Below, one piece after another: positions 1 to 7,219 of a stretch of DNA of 32,000 bases. How positions within the stretch are numbered: position 1 is the stretch's first letter; each line of letters begins with the position of its first letter. The position numbers and the translations under genes are program-made. Source of the stretch: Cupriavidus necator. GTDB taxonomy: Bacteria > Pseudomonadota > Gammaproteobacteria > Burkholderiales > Burkholderiaceae. The DNA is taken from positions 930,001 to 962,000 of the forward strand of contig NZ_CP066019.1 in the NCBI RefSeq assembly GCF_016127575.1. The letters are read 5' to 3'. The notes beneath the pieces are model-generated. The model saw only the letters and a program-made list of their open reading frames with translations. It was not told where the DNA came from and did not search any database.

Positions 1-791
1 GCCTGAACTACGACATTCAATGGACCGAGTTCCCTGCCGCGGCACCGCTTGCCGAGGCGCTGAACGCGGGCGCGGTCGACAGCGGCCCGATCGGCGATGC
101 CCCGGCGATCTTCGCGCTGGCTGCCGGCACGCGGATCAAGCTGATCGGCGCCAACCGCTCTGATCCCTACGGCACGGCAATCCTGGTGCGGCCCGACTCG
201 CCGCTGCGGCAGGCGGCCGACCTGAAAGGCAAGAGCATTGGCACCAACCGTGGCTCGATCGGCCACCTGGTGACGCTCAAGGCGCTGGAATCCGCGGGGC
301 TGAAGCCGGAGGACGCCAACCTCCGCTTCCTGCCGCCGGCGGATGCCAAGCTCGCATTGAGCAGCGGCTCGGTGGACGCGTGGGCGACGTGGGAACCCTA
401 TACCGCGATGGCGGAAACCAGCGGCCACGCGCGCGTGCTGGTCAGCGGACGCGGGCTGTGGTCCGGCCTCAGCTACCTGGCAGCCACCGATGCCGCGCTG
501 GCGGCCAAGCGCGCGGTGCTGCAAGACTTCCTGCGCCGGGTGGTGCGTGCGCAGCAATGGTCCTACCAGCACGTGCCGGAGTTCTCGGCGGCCCTCGCCC
601 GCATCATCGGGATCCCGCCGCAGGCGGCACGGCTGCAGTTCGAGCGGCGGCACACGCAATGGCGGCAGATCGATGCCGAACTGATCGCCGAGCAGCAGCG
701 CACGGCGGATTTCTACCAGAAAGCTGGGTTGCTCAAGCAGCGGCTCGATGTGCGGCAGACCTTCGACTCCGGGTTCTCCCTTACCGCCTGA
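1..791 (+). CDS. SsuA/NMT1-type aliphatic sulfonate ABC transporter substrate-binding protein, 5' end outside window
   Basis: Frame 3 is open from the window edge (codons from nt 3) to TGA 789-791. The translation (LNYDIQWTEFPAAAPLAEALNAGAVDSGPIGD...VDAWATWEPY...QQRTADFYQKAGLL) aligns by eye along its length with E. coli SsuA-type binding proteins. Track ORF 186..791 is only the GTG-delimited tail. Confidence 0.75.
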   Translation, partial: LNYDIQWTEFPAAAPLAEALNAGAVDSGPIGDAPAIFALAAGTRIKLIGANRSDPYGTAILVRPDSPLRQAADLKGKSIGTNRGSIGHLVTLKALESAGLKPEDANLRFLPPADAKLALSSGSVDAWATWEPYTAMAETSGHARVLVSGRGLWSGLSYLAATDAALAAKRAVLQDFLRRVVRAQQWSYQHVPEFSAALARIIGIPPQAARLQFERRHTQWRQIDAELIAEQQRTADFYQKAGLLKQRLDVRQTFDSGFSLTA

Positions 792-1061
792 CTGCCGCGG
801 GCGGCGCCAGGCCGTGCACTGAGTCCATCGACGGCCTCGGCAAGCGCCTCCGGCACGACCATGGCCTCGCCGGAGGCCGCTAAGGATTTCCATGATTGAC
901 GCCGACCCGCGCCAGCCCATTTCACGGCCTGGCGCGGCCTGCGCCGGCGCGGACCGTTCTGGTCCCAGCGAATCCGGGCAACTGGTCCTATAGGCCCGGA
1001 ATGGCCCTCACCTATAAAGCCGTGACCCCCAAACATATTTCCCGTTCCGAGGAGCAAAACC

Positions 1062-2060
1062 ATGCGGTGGATCAAGCAGATAGCGACGTATTTCGCCCTG
1101 GTGGCCGCGCTGGCGCCAGCCGCACACGCCCAGAGCAAGAATGTAGTAATTGCTTACCAGGACATGGTGGTGCCCTGGCGCTACGCGCAGGACATGAAGG
1201 AGCTGGAAAAGCAGACCGGCTACACGGTCTCGTTCCGGCAGTTCGGCGGCGGCGGGGACGTGATCCGCGCCATGGCTTCGGGCCAGATCGCCATTGGCGA
1301 GGCCGGCACCTCGCCGATTGCGTCGGCGCTGTCGCAAGGGCTGGATGTCGAACTGTTCTGGATCCTGGACGATATCAACGCGGCCGAGGCGATGGTCGCG
1401 CGCAATGGCAGCAAGATCGCCAGCGTCGCCGACCTGAAGGGCAAGCGCGTCGGCGTGCCCTTCGTGTCGACCACGCACTACCACACGCTGGTCGCGCTGG
1501 AGCGCGCCAGGATCAATCCGAAGGACGTCCGCATCGTCAACATGCGCCCGCCCGAAGTAGCCGCCGCCTGGGAGCGTGGTGACATCGACGCCACCTTTAT
1601 CTGGGACCCGGTGCTGGCCAAGCTCAAGCAGTCCGGCACCGTGCTGATGACCTCCGGCCAGATCGCCGCCGACACCGGCAAGGCCACCTTCGACGGCATG
1701 ATCGCCAACAAGAAGTTTGCCCGTGAGAACCCGGAGTTCATGGTCAAGCTGGTGCGCGTGCTGGCCGCCGCCGATGAAAACTACCGCAAGAACAAGGCGT
1801 CCTGGACCCCCGATTCGCCCATGGTGAAGGCGGTGGCCAAGGTGTCTGGCGCCAAGCCCGAGACGGTACCCGCGAGCATGGCGCTGTACGCCTTCCCCAC
1901 GCTGCAGGAGCAGGTGTCGGAGCGCTGGCTGGGCGGCGGCGCGGCGCGCGCGCTGCAGTCCGCGGCGCAGTTCCTCAAGGAGCAGGGCACCATCCAGACC
2001 GTCCTGCCGGACTATGGCCCGGGCGTCAATGCGGAATGGGCAAAGCGGGCGTTGCGCTGA
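1062..2060 (+). CDS. tauA: Taurine ABC transporter periplasmic substrate-binding protein
   Basis: 332 aa with ATG 1062 preceded by GAGGAG (1049-1054). Signal peptide MRWIKQIATYFALVAALAPAAHA. Blocks shared with E. coli TauA as recalled: VPFVSTTHY, AAWERGDIDA, AAQFLKEQG. Followed directly by tauB and tauC. Confidence 0.85.
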   Translation: MRWIKQIATYFALVAALAPAAHAQSKNVVIAYQDMVVPWRYAQDMKELEKQTGYTVSFRQFGGGGDVIRAMASGQIAIGEAGTSPIASALSQGLDVELFWILDDINAAEAMVARNGSKIASVADLKGKRVGVPFVSTTHYHTLVALERARINPKDVRIVNMRPPEVAAAWERGDIDATFIWDPVLAKLKQSGTVLMTSGQIAADTGKATFDGMIANKKFARENPEFMVKLVRVLAAADENYRKNKASWTPDSPMVKAVAKVSGAKPETVPASMALYAFPTLQEQVSERWLGGGAARALQSAAQFLKEQGTIQTVLPDYGPGVNAEWAKRALR

Positions 2061-2143
2061 CGCCGCGCCCATCGCGCTGAAGATGGCCGCCGCGCTCAAG
2101 CCAGTCCCGCGCGGCCCCGAAAGTCCTGTTGCGGAAGCCCATC

Positions 2144-2920
2144 ATGTACAAGCTTGAAATCGATAATCTCAGTGTCAACTACGGCGTCGCGGGCGGCGCC
2201 AAAACGCTGGCCCTGTCGCAAGTCAACCTCACCATGGAGCGCGGCGATTTCGTCGTGGCGCTCGGTGCCTCGGGCTGCGGCAAGACCACCTTGCTGTCGT
2301 GCATCGCAGGCTTCATGGAACCCTCGGAAGGCGAGATCCGGCTGTCCGGCAAGGTGGTGCGCGGGCCGGGTGCCGAACGCGGCGTGGTGTTCCAGAAGCA
2401 CGCCCTGATGCCGTGGCTCAGCGTGGCGGACAACGTCGCGCTGGGGTTGCGCCTGCGTGGGGTGTCGCGTGCCGAACGGATGCGGGTCGCGCATGAGAAG
2501 CTGGCCGCGGTCGGGCTGGAAGATGTCGCCGGCAAGCCGGTCTATCAGCTCTCGGGCGGCATGCAGCAGCGCGTCGGGATTGCCCGCGCGCTCGCCTGTG
2601 ATCCGGCGGTGATGCTGATGGACGAGCCGCTGGGCGCGCTCGACGCGCTGACGCGCGAATCGATCCAGGCGCTGATTCTCAAGCTCTGGGCCAAGGAACA
2701 GAAGATCGTCTTCTTTATCACGCACAGCGTGGAAGAGGCGCTGTTCCTGGCCACGCGGCTGATTGTCATGACGCCGTCGCCTGGCCGCATCGCGCACACC
2801 TATGAACTGCCGTTCGCGCGGCGCTTCATCGAATGCGGGGACGCCCGTGCAGTCAAGGCCGACCCGGAGTTCATCCGCTATCGCGAAGAGATCATTGATC
2901 TGATCCATGCCACCGCTTGA
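2144..2920 (+). CDS. tauB: Taurine ABC transporter ATP-binding protein
   Basis: Walker [10 protein letters not shown], signature LSGGMQQR, Walker B MLMDEP. TauB-like blocks [11 protein letters not shown] and [25 protein letters not shown] 2144 was chosen over the track TTG 2129 (GGAAG lies 6 nt upstream). Confidence 0.85.
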   Translation: MYKLEIDNLSVNYGVAGGAKTLALSQVNLTMERGDFVVALGASGCGKTTLLSCIAGFMEPSEGEIRLSGKVVRGPGAERGVVFQKHALMPWLSVADNVALGLRLRGVSRAERMRVAHEKLAAVGLEDVAGKPVYQLSGGMQQRVGIARALACDPAVMLMDEPLGALDALTRESIQALILKLWAKEQKIVFFITHSVEEALFLATRLIVMTPSPGRIAHTYELPFARRFIECGDARAVKADPEFIRYREEIIDLIHATA

Positions 2921-2930
2921 GGAACACGAG

Positions 2931-3806
2931 ATGCCCGCTTCCGTCCAACGCATCGAACCCACGCCGCGCGTCACCAAAGCCGCCGCGGCCGGGGCCAGCC
3001 AGCAAATGAAGACCGTCTCGGGCTACCGCCTGCCCGGCGAGGGGTCAAGCTCACGCATCTCCACCATCACCGTGGTGCTGCTGCTCGCACTGTGGTGGCT
3101 CGCCAGCCACCTGCGCTGGCTGCCGCCGCTGTTCCTGCCCACGCCTGAGTCCATCGTCACCGCCTTTATCGATGCCTGGCAGGGCAACCTGCAAGGCGGC
3201 CAGCCGCTGACCGAGCATTTCGCGGCCAGCATGATGCGCGTGTTCGGCGCCTTCGGGCTGGCGGTGGTCACGGCGGTGCCGGTCGGCGTGATGATGGGGG
3301 TGTCGCGCATCGCACGCGGCGTGTTCGATCCGCCGATCGAGTTCTACCGCCCCTTGCCGCCGCTGGCCTACCTGCCGCTGATCGTGATCTGGTTCGGCAT
3401 CGACGAGACCTCGAAGGTGCTGCTGATCTTCCTGGCCTGCTTCGCGCCGCTGGCCATGTCGGCCCAGGCCGGCGTGCGCTCGGTCACCATCGAGCAGATC
3501 AACGCGGCGTACTCGATGGGCGCCACGCCGTGGCAGGTGGTCCGCCATGTGGTGATCCCCGCCGCGCTGCCCGATATCCTGACCGGGATGCGCATCGCCA
3601 TCGGCTTCGGCTGGACCACCCTGGTTGCCGCTGAAATGGTGGCCGCCACCGCCGGCCTTGGCCAGATGGTGCTCAATGCCTCCAACTTCCTGCGTACCGA
3701 CGTGGTGATCATGGGCATCGTGCTGATCGGGCTGATCGCCTACGTGTTCGACCTGCTGATGCGCAAGCTGGCGAAGGTCCTGGTGCCCTGGAAGGGACGG
3801 ATGTGA
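2931..3806 (+). CDS. tauC: Taurine ABC transporter permease
   Basis: Multi-TM BPD-type permease in frame after tauB. ATG 2931 has GAGGAA (2919-2924) 6 nt upstream. Alternative ATG 2907 would overlap tauB by 14 nt. Stop TGA 3804-3806. Confidence 0.8.
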   Translation: MPASVQRIEPTPRVTKAAAAGASQQMKTVSGYRLPGEGSSSRISTITVVLLLALWWLASHLRWLPPLFLPTPESIVTAFIDAWQGNLQGGQPLTEHFAASMMRVFGAFGLAVVTAVPVGVMMGVSRIARGVFDPPIEFYRPLPPLAYLPLIVIWFGIDETSKVLLIFLACFAPLAMSAQAGVRSVTIEQINAAYSMGATPWQVVRHVVIPAALPDILTGMRIAIGFGWTTLVAAEMVAATAGLGQMVLNASNFLRTDVVIMGIVLIGLIAYVFDLLMRKLAKVLVPWKGRM

Positions 3807-3841
3807 GGTGAGGGCGTAGTCAGCCCGCGACCGGCGTGTCG

Positions 3842-3878
3842 GGCAAGGACGGGCTGATGGCCAGTCCTTGCCGTTTTC
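3842..3878 (+). terminator. Rho-independent terminator candidate after tauC
   Basis: Perfect 9-bp stem GGCAAGGAC (3842-3850) / GTCCTTGCC (3864-3872) with a 13-nt loop, followed by GTTTTC. A second small GC hairpin plus TTTT lies at about 3888-3905. Confidence 0.5.
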
Positions 3879-3941
3879 AGGCGTTACGCCCGTCGGGCGC
3901 CTTTTCGCTCCGTGAAGATGAGCTCCGGCTGCTCGGCCTAG

Positions 3942-4097
3942 TCAGTGAATCCAGTCCCAGTCGATGCTCAGCTCACAGTGGCAAGCGGGACAAGCCAGCG
4001 GCTCAGGCAGCTTTCCCGAGACCATATCCTGCAGGATTTCGGAGTGGATGTTCCCGCACGCCGTGCAGGTGACGAAGAGTGGGACAGGAGGTTTCAT
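3942..4097 (-). CDS. Unannotated 51-aa zinc-ribbon-like small protein (hypothetical)
   Basis: Hand translation of the - strand gives MKPPVPLFVTCTACGNIHSEILQDMVSGKLPEPLACPACHCELSIDWDWIH, then TGA (3942-3944). Two CxxC pairs lie about 24 residues apart. Mostly G/C-ending codons. It starts 27 nt after the DapA-like stop on the same strand. No clear SD. Below the 60-aa cut-off of the ORF track. Confidence 0.35.
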   Translation of the reverse strand: MKPPVPLFVTCTACGNIHSEILQDMVSGKLPEPLACPACHCELSIDWDWIH

Positions 4098-4124
4098 CGT
4101 CGCCATCGCAAGGATGGCCAGCCT

Positions 4125-5093
4125 TCAGGCCGCCAGATGCTCATCCCGTGCAACAGTATGCGGAGGAAGCAGCGCCATGGCCTCTTCCAGCCTCTGGACC
4201 AGCGCGGGACTTGCCGGCTGCAACGGCAGGCGGGTTTCCGGGGAGATCACGCCGGAGAGCGCCAGGGCAGCTTTCACCGGTGCCGGATTCGGCTCCGCGA
4301 ACATGAGCGAGATCAACGGCGCGAGCTTCGCGAACAAGGCGCGGGCCGCGCGGAAGCGTCCTGTCTGTGCCAGATGCAGCAGGCGCACGAACAAGTCCGG
4401 ACGAATATGCGAGGACGCGGCGATCACGCCGGCGCCTCCCGCAAGCAGGTGATCCAGCAGGGCCGCATCCTCGCCGCACAGCACGGTGACATGCGGATCG
4501 TTGACAAGGACCCCGAGATTGCCGGCGCCGCACTCCTTGACCGCCGAGATCTGCGGCTGCGCGAGCAGAGATCGGATCAGCGCAGGCGACATCGCACAGC
4601 CAGTTCGCTTCGGCACGTTGTACAGCATCAGGGGGCGTTCGGTTGCGCGCGCCACTTCATTGAAATGCCACACGATACCCGCATCGGAGGGCCGCAGGTA
4701 GCAGGGCGGCGGCACCAGGTAGCCGGCAAGATCAAAGCCGTCCAGTTCGGCAACTTGCGCGCACACCGCGCGGGTATCGATCGCGCCGACGCCAGCCATC
4801 ACCGGCAGCTCGCCGTGGACGGCCTCGAGCACTGCCGCCGTGAAGACTTGCCGCTCGTGGGTGGAAAGCAGGCTTCCCTCTCCGGTCGTGCCCAAGATGA
4901 TCAGGCCGTTCACGCCTGCCTCGAGGTAACTCTCAGCCAGCCTGGCGGCGCCCGGCAGGTCCAGCGAGCCGGCACGCATCGGCGTGACCATGGGCACCCA
5001 GATGCCCCATGGCGTCTGGCGGGAAGCCGCTGCGATACCGGTGCAGGCATGCACGGCGGCGCCGGAAAAGCTCTCTTCCTCAGTGCGCCACAT
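4125..5093 (-). CDS. Dihydrodipicolinate synthase/N-acetylneuraminate lyase (DapA) family class I aldolase
   Basis: 322 aa with family motifs GTTGEG, LYNVPKRTG (Tyr and Arg retained) and Schiff-base Lys context ISAVKECG. GGGAGA SD 5 nt upstream of ATG 5093. The start overlaps the upstream ORF by 14 nt. Confidence 0.8.
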   Translation of the reverse strand: MWRTEEESFSGAAVHACTGIAAASRQTPWGIWVPMVTPMRAGSLDLPGAARLAESYLEAGVNGLIILGTTGEGSLLSTHERQVFTAAVLEAVHGELPVMAGVGAIDTRAVCAQVAELDGFDLAGYLVPPPCYLRPSDAGIVWHFNEVARATERPLMLYNVPKRTGCAMSPALIRSLLAQPQISAVKECGAGNLGVLVNDPHVTVLCGEDAALLDHLLAGGAGVIAASSHIRPDLFVRLLHLAQTGRFRAARALFAKLAPLISLMFAEPNPAPVKAALALSGVISPETRLPLQPASPALVQRLEEAMALLPPHTVARDEHLAA

Positions 5094-5478
5094 GGTTGTC
5101 TCCCAGGGCTGTCGTGACGCCGAACTCCGCCGCCGGAAAGGCCGTCATGATGGCGTGCATGGCCGCGTCGCGGTCCGCGCGTGCGATCTCCACGTGCAGC
5201 GTGGTTTCGCCGTGCCGGTAGTCCACGTTCACCACATAGACGCGGGCCAGTTCACCGAGCACCCGGTGCATGGTCTGCCGCAGGCCGAACACCTCGGTGG
5301 ATGCCACCGCAAGATGCATGCGGATCCAGGCCGGTGCGGGCTGGGAGACCGCGCGCAGCACGGGCATGGTGGCCTTGCTGCTGCGCAGGGCGGTACGTCG
5401 GGGAACGGTATCAACGGCCAGGCTTGACTGTCGCATGATTGGATGGACCGGCGCGGTAGCGGGTCGCGTGTTGGACAT
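5080..5478 (-). CDS. Hypothetical protein (about 95-132 aa, start uncertain)
   Basis: ORF whose stop (5080-5082) overlaps the DapA-like start, which suggests coupling. The C-terminal about 85 aa (IRMHLAVASTEVFGLRQTMHRVLGELARVYVVNVDYRHGETTLHVEIARADRDAAMHAIMTAF) looks like a compact alpha/beta domain. The N-terminal 40 aa are low complexity. ATG 5478 has no SD. Internal ATG 5367 has AAGG 5 nt upstream. Confidence 0.4.
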   Translation of the reverse strand: MSNTRPATAPVHPIMRQSSLAVDTVPRRTALRSSKATMPVLRAVSQPAPAWIRMHLAVASTEVFGLRQTMHRVLGELARVYVVNVDYRHGETTLHVEIARADRDAAMHAIMTAFPAAEFGVTTALGDNHVAH

Positions 5479-5578
5479 GGCTTTATGCTAGCCAGCGCCG
5501 TCTAAATTTGATGCAAGGATGTTGGGCCTTGGCGTTAAATCCGCATCAAAATCAGCGACGCTGGCAAGGCGCTCGCGC

Positions 5579-6364
5579 TCAGAACGTCTTCGTCAGCGAC
5601 GCCCAGGCCGCAGCCTTGCCGAGGTAGCGGCCCCGGTTGGCACTGGTGTAGGCCACTTCCTTGGCGTTGGTATCGACATAGGCAATCGCCAGCGCGAAGC
5701 CCTTGCCCAGGTCCTTGGTCAGGCCGATCTTCCAGTCGGTGTACGAGGCGTCGCTGTTGTGCTTGACGCCCTGGTAGCCGACGTGCGCGTTCAGTGTCAG
5801 GTCCCAGAAATTCAGCGGGACATTGGCGCTCAGGTCGACGTAGTAGCTGTTCTTGCTGTCGGCCCAGCCAAACAGGTTGGTGACCGAGTGCGAGTACTTG
5901 AGCATGACCGGGCCCCAGCCGATGCCGGCGTACAGCTCGGTGGTGTACGGGCGCGGGTTGTTGTAGCCGCCCGGGTAGTAGTACTCGAGCACGCCCAGGT
6001 CATAGTTGAACTCGGTGCCGGCGACCTTGAAGGTGTTCTTGAAGCCGCCGTAGAAATCCATCTCGACCGCGGCCGAGACCGCCGGGTTGGCATCCTCGAG
6101 CCAGCTGATGCCGGAGTTCCAGTTGCCCAGATAGAAGCCGCTTTCGTGGGCGTAGTCAAAGCCACCCTGGATGGCCGGGCGCAGGTTGGTCTGGCTGATG
6201 CCGCGATAGCGGTAGTCCGAGACCAGCGACACGTTGGCCGTGAACGTATGCGGGGACGGCGCGGCGTCTGGCTGGGATTGCGCCATGGCCGGCATGGCAG
6301 CGAGGAAGATGGAAGATGCGGAACATGCGAGCAGCGTGGCCGCGGTTTGGCGCAGGTCAGTCAT
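5579..6364 (-). CDS. TorF-family putative outer-membrane porin
   Basis: Signal peptide MTDLRQTAATLLACSASSIFLAAMPAMAQ. Family-typical N-terminal block FTANVSLVSDYRYRGISQTNLRPAIQGGFDYAHESGFYLGNW. Beta-barrel-like alternating aromatic pattern and C-terminal F. ATG 6364 was chosen over the track GTG 6415. Confidence 0.7.
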   Translation of the reverse strand: MTDLRQTAATLLACSASSIFLAAMPAMAQSQPDAAPSPHTFTANVSLVSDYRYRGISQTNLRPAIQGGFDYAHESGFYLGNWNSGISWLEDANPAVSAAVEMDFYGGFKNTFKVAGTEFNYDLGVLEYYYPGGYNNPRPYTTELYAGIGWGPVMLKYSHSVTNLFGWADSKNSYYVDLSANVPLNFWDLTLNAHVGYQGVKHNSDASYTDWKIGLTKDLGKGFALAIAYVDTNAKEVAYTSANRGRYLGKAAAWASLTKTF

Positions 6365-6384
6365 TGTTGTTGTGGCGAGAGTTG

Positions 6385-6405
6385 AAAAAATCCCCGTTGC
6401 AGGGA
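6385..6405 (-). terminator. Weak terminator/attenuator candidate between kdpE and the porin gene
   Basis: The - strand reads CUCCC-UGCAAC-GGGGA followed by UUUUUU (plus-strand A-run 6385-6390). The stem has only 3-4 GC pairs, so at best partial termination. Confidence 0.25.
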
Positions 6406-6496
6406 GCCTCGCCACGATATGGCCTGACGCGTAAAAACGGTATCAAAAGCCGCGGTGCCCGCGTACAAATCCAATCAATGCGCCTGGATTTCGGCG

Positions 6497-7192
6497 CTAC
6501 CCGGCAAACCGGTAGCCCAGCCCGATTTCCGTCAGCAAGTGGGCGGGCCGCGCCGGGTCCGCTTCGAGCTTGTGCCGCAGATGTCCCATATAGACGCGCA
6601 GGTACTGGCTGCTTTCGGCCTGGGAGGGTCCCCACACCTCCCGCAGCATCTCCCGGTGCGTCATCACCTTGCCGCGGTGGGCGATCAGAACCGCAAGCAG
6701 CCGATACTCGATCGGCGTCAGGTGCACGGCCTGTCCCGAACGGGTGACGACGCGGCTGGCCAGGTCAACCTGCACGTCGCCGAACAGGATCTGGTGGGAA
6801 CCGCGAGCGTTGGCCCTGGCATGCCGGCGCAGCAGCACGCGCAGGCGCGCGACCAGTTCACCGACGCCAAAGGGCTTGGTCAGGTAGTCATCCGCGCCGG
6901 CATCCAGCGCACCGATCTTGTCGGCTTCTCCGCTACGTGCCGACAGGACCAGCACCGGTACGTCAGTCCACGTACGGATCTCGCTGATCAATCGCACCCC
7001 GTCTCCGTCCGGCAAACCCAGGTCGAGAATGACGAGGTCAGGTTGCCGGGTGCCTGCCTCGATCAGTCCGCGCTTGAGCGATTCCGCCTCGTGCACCGTG
7101 CAACCTTCGGACTCCAGGGTCGAGCGGACAAAGCGCCGGATATGCGGCTCATCCTCAACCAGCAGGACTGTCGGGGAAAAATCAAATGGCAT
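6497..7192 (-). CDS. kdpE: Two-component response regulator KdpE (OmpR family)
   Basis: Receiver domain (DLVILDLGLPDGDG) plus winged-helix output (LTPIEYRLLAVLIAHRGKVMTHREML). Lies directly after kdpD. ATG 7192 has AGGAAG upstream. The track start is TTG 7195. Confidence 0.9.
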   Translation of the reverse strand: MPFDFSPTVLLVEDEPHIRRFVRSTLESEGCTVHEAESLKRGLIEAGTRQPDLVILDLGLPDGDGVRLISEIRTWTDVPVLVLSARSGEADKIGALDAGADDYLTKPFGVGELVARLRVLLRRHARANARGSHQILFGDVQVDLASRVVTRSGQAVHLTPIEYRLLAVLIAHRGKVMTHREMLREVWGPSQAESSQYLRVYMGHLRHKLEADPARPAHLLTEIGLGYRFAG

Positions 7193-7219
7193 CAACTTCC
7201 TCTCTTCTTGCGTGAGACC

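Noticed and set aside
791-1061. Imperfect palindrome GGTCCTATAGGCCC and promoter-like TATAAA upstream of tauA, as a CysB/Cbl-type site
   Set aside because: Only 12 of 14 positions are symmetric, and there is no convincing -35. CysB-family sites are too degenerate to call from sequence alone.
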